Positions 61,201 to 64,000 of a DNA stretch of 64,000 bases are shown here, piece by piece; position 1 is the first letter of the stretch, and every line of letters begins with the position of its first letter. Both the position numbers and the translations under genes were made by a program. The DNA is from Perna viridis (lineage: Eukaryota): NCBI GenBank assembly GCA_037379345.1, contig CM074521.1:6448001-6512000 (forward strand), in the 5' to 3' direction. Under the pieces are notes generated by a model. That model was not told the origin of the DNA. It searched no databases and saw nothing but the letters and a program-made list of their open reading frames with translations.

Positions 61201-64000
61201 ATATTACGTCACTTCCTTTACTTCTTTATACTTTTTTCCTAAGTTCAAACACTGCGAACGATGAAAAATATTAGCTTTCAAAAATTAGATAAACACAAAT
61301 TTATCTTATACTGTTAATTAATAATATTCTCATCTGTTTCATGACCATCTGACAGTTTCGAAAATAAATAACAATACATTTCCGCTTACGGTGACTGGCA
61401 ATGACTGGTCTGAATTTTTGTAAGAATAAATATAATCAAATTATGATAGGAGTATCACATTTCTCACATACAAAACCTATATCATTTTATCTTTTATATT
61501 GCTTGAAACCCTTATAAGTACGTATTTGTATGTCTATATTCCACGGTGAGTTATATAAGTCCCGATTTCAAGGGAAGTTCTTTTCTGGTGCTATATTTTG
61601 ATATACATTCCCCACACATAAGATTTTATTGGTGAAATAAATAATAAAAAAAACACATTACAAATGTGTAGAATATAACAAACCCCTTGCTATGAAGTGT
61701 TCGCTGCCCACCAAAAAAACGTACTAAGTATTTTTTCAAACGAAAAGGTTTTTAGTTTGAGCCTGACTGTGACAAATTTTTGTTTGTTTTGTATTTTCGA
61801 AAGAAAAGGAAACATTAGTAATATTAAATATGTAATCACTTTTATATATCTTCTTTATACAACAGTTTATATTTTTTTAATTTTGTAACATGCTATGTCT
61901 AAGCTTTCCCAAATCAGCTAAATCTATACTCGATTCGTGGCATATTTTATTGGCCTTATCATTTCTTCTTTGGCAAACATATATTTACCATTTCCATCTT
62001 CGTTATATTATCACTTTTATCTATCAGATGCCAATATTTACGTCATAATTCATATATTGAATATTAGAGAAATTTCTTTTACCAATGCCTCACAGCATTC
62101 TATAGTTCTTCTATATTGGATTATATATAAAATGTAAAATACATTTCCTAGTACCACTAGTTGTCTTTTAGTGATCGATTTATCATATTAAACTATGCTG
62201 CAGATTTACTTCACATTTATCAAATCCACTACGTTCACAATAAAACATTTGCATTGATTTGAAAATCAAAGTTTATGATTTTTTGTTTTCAATTAAGGTT
62301 GCTGACAGGAGGTACGTTCAAAAGATTGTACAATTTATATAATTGAATTGTTCTTTATTTGATTTTTTTTAAAAGAGCTATTAAGGAAACCAAGAGTCTA
62401 GCGGAAATCAAAGAAATGTAATCTAATGATCAACAAAGAGTAGAAATTGAAAATAGACAAACACAACATAGAGCATGAAATAAACAAAATAATACATACA
62501 AAGCAAAATAAGTTAAAAAGCAACTCGGACTACACTAAACACTAGGAGCATGGACATGGTGCATAGGGTAAGCGTTCTATGTTTATTTTCTAGACACATC
62601 CGCTGAGTTGCACATCTAAAGTCAATTTCTTGGTAGACAAACTAGGAAAGGAAATCTATGACACATTGAACTGGTAAGGTAAGCGTCCTCTGTTTTTCTA
62701 GAAACTTAAGTGTATTTAGTTTCATATTATTCATTTTTCAACATATTTTCAACATGCCAATTTAACAGCATGTCATGTTTGCAAACAAACTTTGATATTG
62801 CAACCCGCAATTTCAAATAAAGTTACTTGACAATAAATATGAAGGATTGATTTCTAATCCCCATATTGTTATGGATTCAAATCCCGATTTCTAGTTTGCT
62901 GATTTGACGGTTCTTACCGCTCTACTTAAGATCCTGGTGAAGAATTTAATCAGCGGATTCCATTCACTTTTGTCCGAAGTAGAATTCTTACCATGTTGTG
63001 GTAAATTTCACCACTGTCTGGTGAAAGGGAATGTCAACTGCATCCTTTAACCGGTTTAGAGCCTAAAAATGCTATATAAATAATTAAGTGGGATGGTCCC
63101 TCCTTCTTATACTCACACAACTCTATATGATCTGTCTGAAGTGAATGTCTAATTGCCTACTGCGTGCCGTCTGCAAAGCATAGGTAGTCCCTTGCTGATA
63201 CTCTCCACTCTATAACAATTCCAAGGCGACACAAATGGGCCAGGTGAAGCAGTCCTGTATTAACTGGGTTAATATCGCTGAATGTGACAACTCACATAGT
63301 TGAAGTTAATTGCATAGAGTGTAAGTCGTCTAATAATGGGCGTCGGGTTTCAGAAAGCCAGGAGACGGATGAATTCAGAAGTGACAGAGCGGAAATATTT
63401 GTACTTCGTACTGGTTGAACTTGTTTTTTGCATGTATATTGGAGTCTATAGACTTTCATGATCGCAGTTGTACCTGACCAGACCAACATATAACTTAAAG
63501 AGATGACTTCTGTGTCGCTTCATTTTGTCACTGTATCCTCCAAATAGCTGTAAACATTACAAAAATAAGGACAGTACATTTAACTAGCTCCTTATACGGG
63601 AATTTTTCTGGTGTATTTTGCAGGTAAATACAGATTGTATTTCATACTGTTCCAGTGTCCCTTTGACAAAATAAACTAAGTGCCTGACGTTTAAGCTTTG
63701 TTAGAACTATATAGGTACGGTTCAAGTGTGGAAAACAGAAACATTTGGGTTAAGCCCATCTGTGTACACATGGATTAACAGTTCATGAGTATTAGAAATG
63801 AAATATGTCAACGTAAAGAATTACCTATGATGCCATGCATATACTATTGTGTTAAAATTTGATATAATGATGTTTTGAAAATTTTATTCATATCCACTAA
63901 AATTCTCATACTAATGCCCTGCTCTTACAATGCACGATATCTGCAAGAAAACGTAAAGCCACAACCAACAAACCAACAAATAAATCAAATGCAATCCAGG

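Noticed and set aside
61024-61242. Recurrent MLPVFSGVRVAHLLLLLC.. ORFs (also at 1959, 47715 and 57700)
   Set aside because: Translations of the abundant interspersed repeat, with frame-breaking indels among copies.

Overview
AT-rich eukaryotic genomic DNA with spliceosomal introns, two assembly gaps and many repeats. The repeat families and F-type lectin genes point to a mollusc, probably a bivalve (inference). Main contents: (1) A 9.05-kb element (5856-14905) bounded by ~160-bp CACTA-type terminal inverted repeats with palindromic subterminal repeats. It sits inside an older LINE and splits the RT motif NNVL|SDFQFGFR. It carries a decayed Polinton/Maverick (adintovirus-like) gene block: chromodomain integrase, minor capsid, basic core-like protein and a truncated major capsid. 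A BEN-like remnant lies near its right end. (2) Two tandem minus-strand paralogs encoding signal peptide + fucolectin (F-type lectin) + PAN/apple-like domain. One looks intact (40286-48145); the other has a frameshift and a broken splice donor (29732-32494) and carries a candidate minimal hammerhead ribozyme in an intron. (3) LINE and Penelope-like fragments, tRNA-derived SINEs, TTAA-flanked MITEs, three minisatellites and a local segmental duplication. All family assignments come from manual motif recognition; no searches were run.
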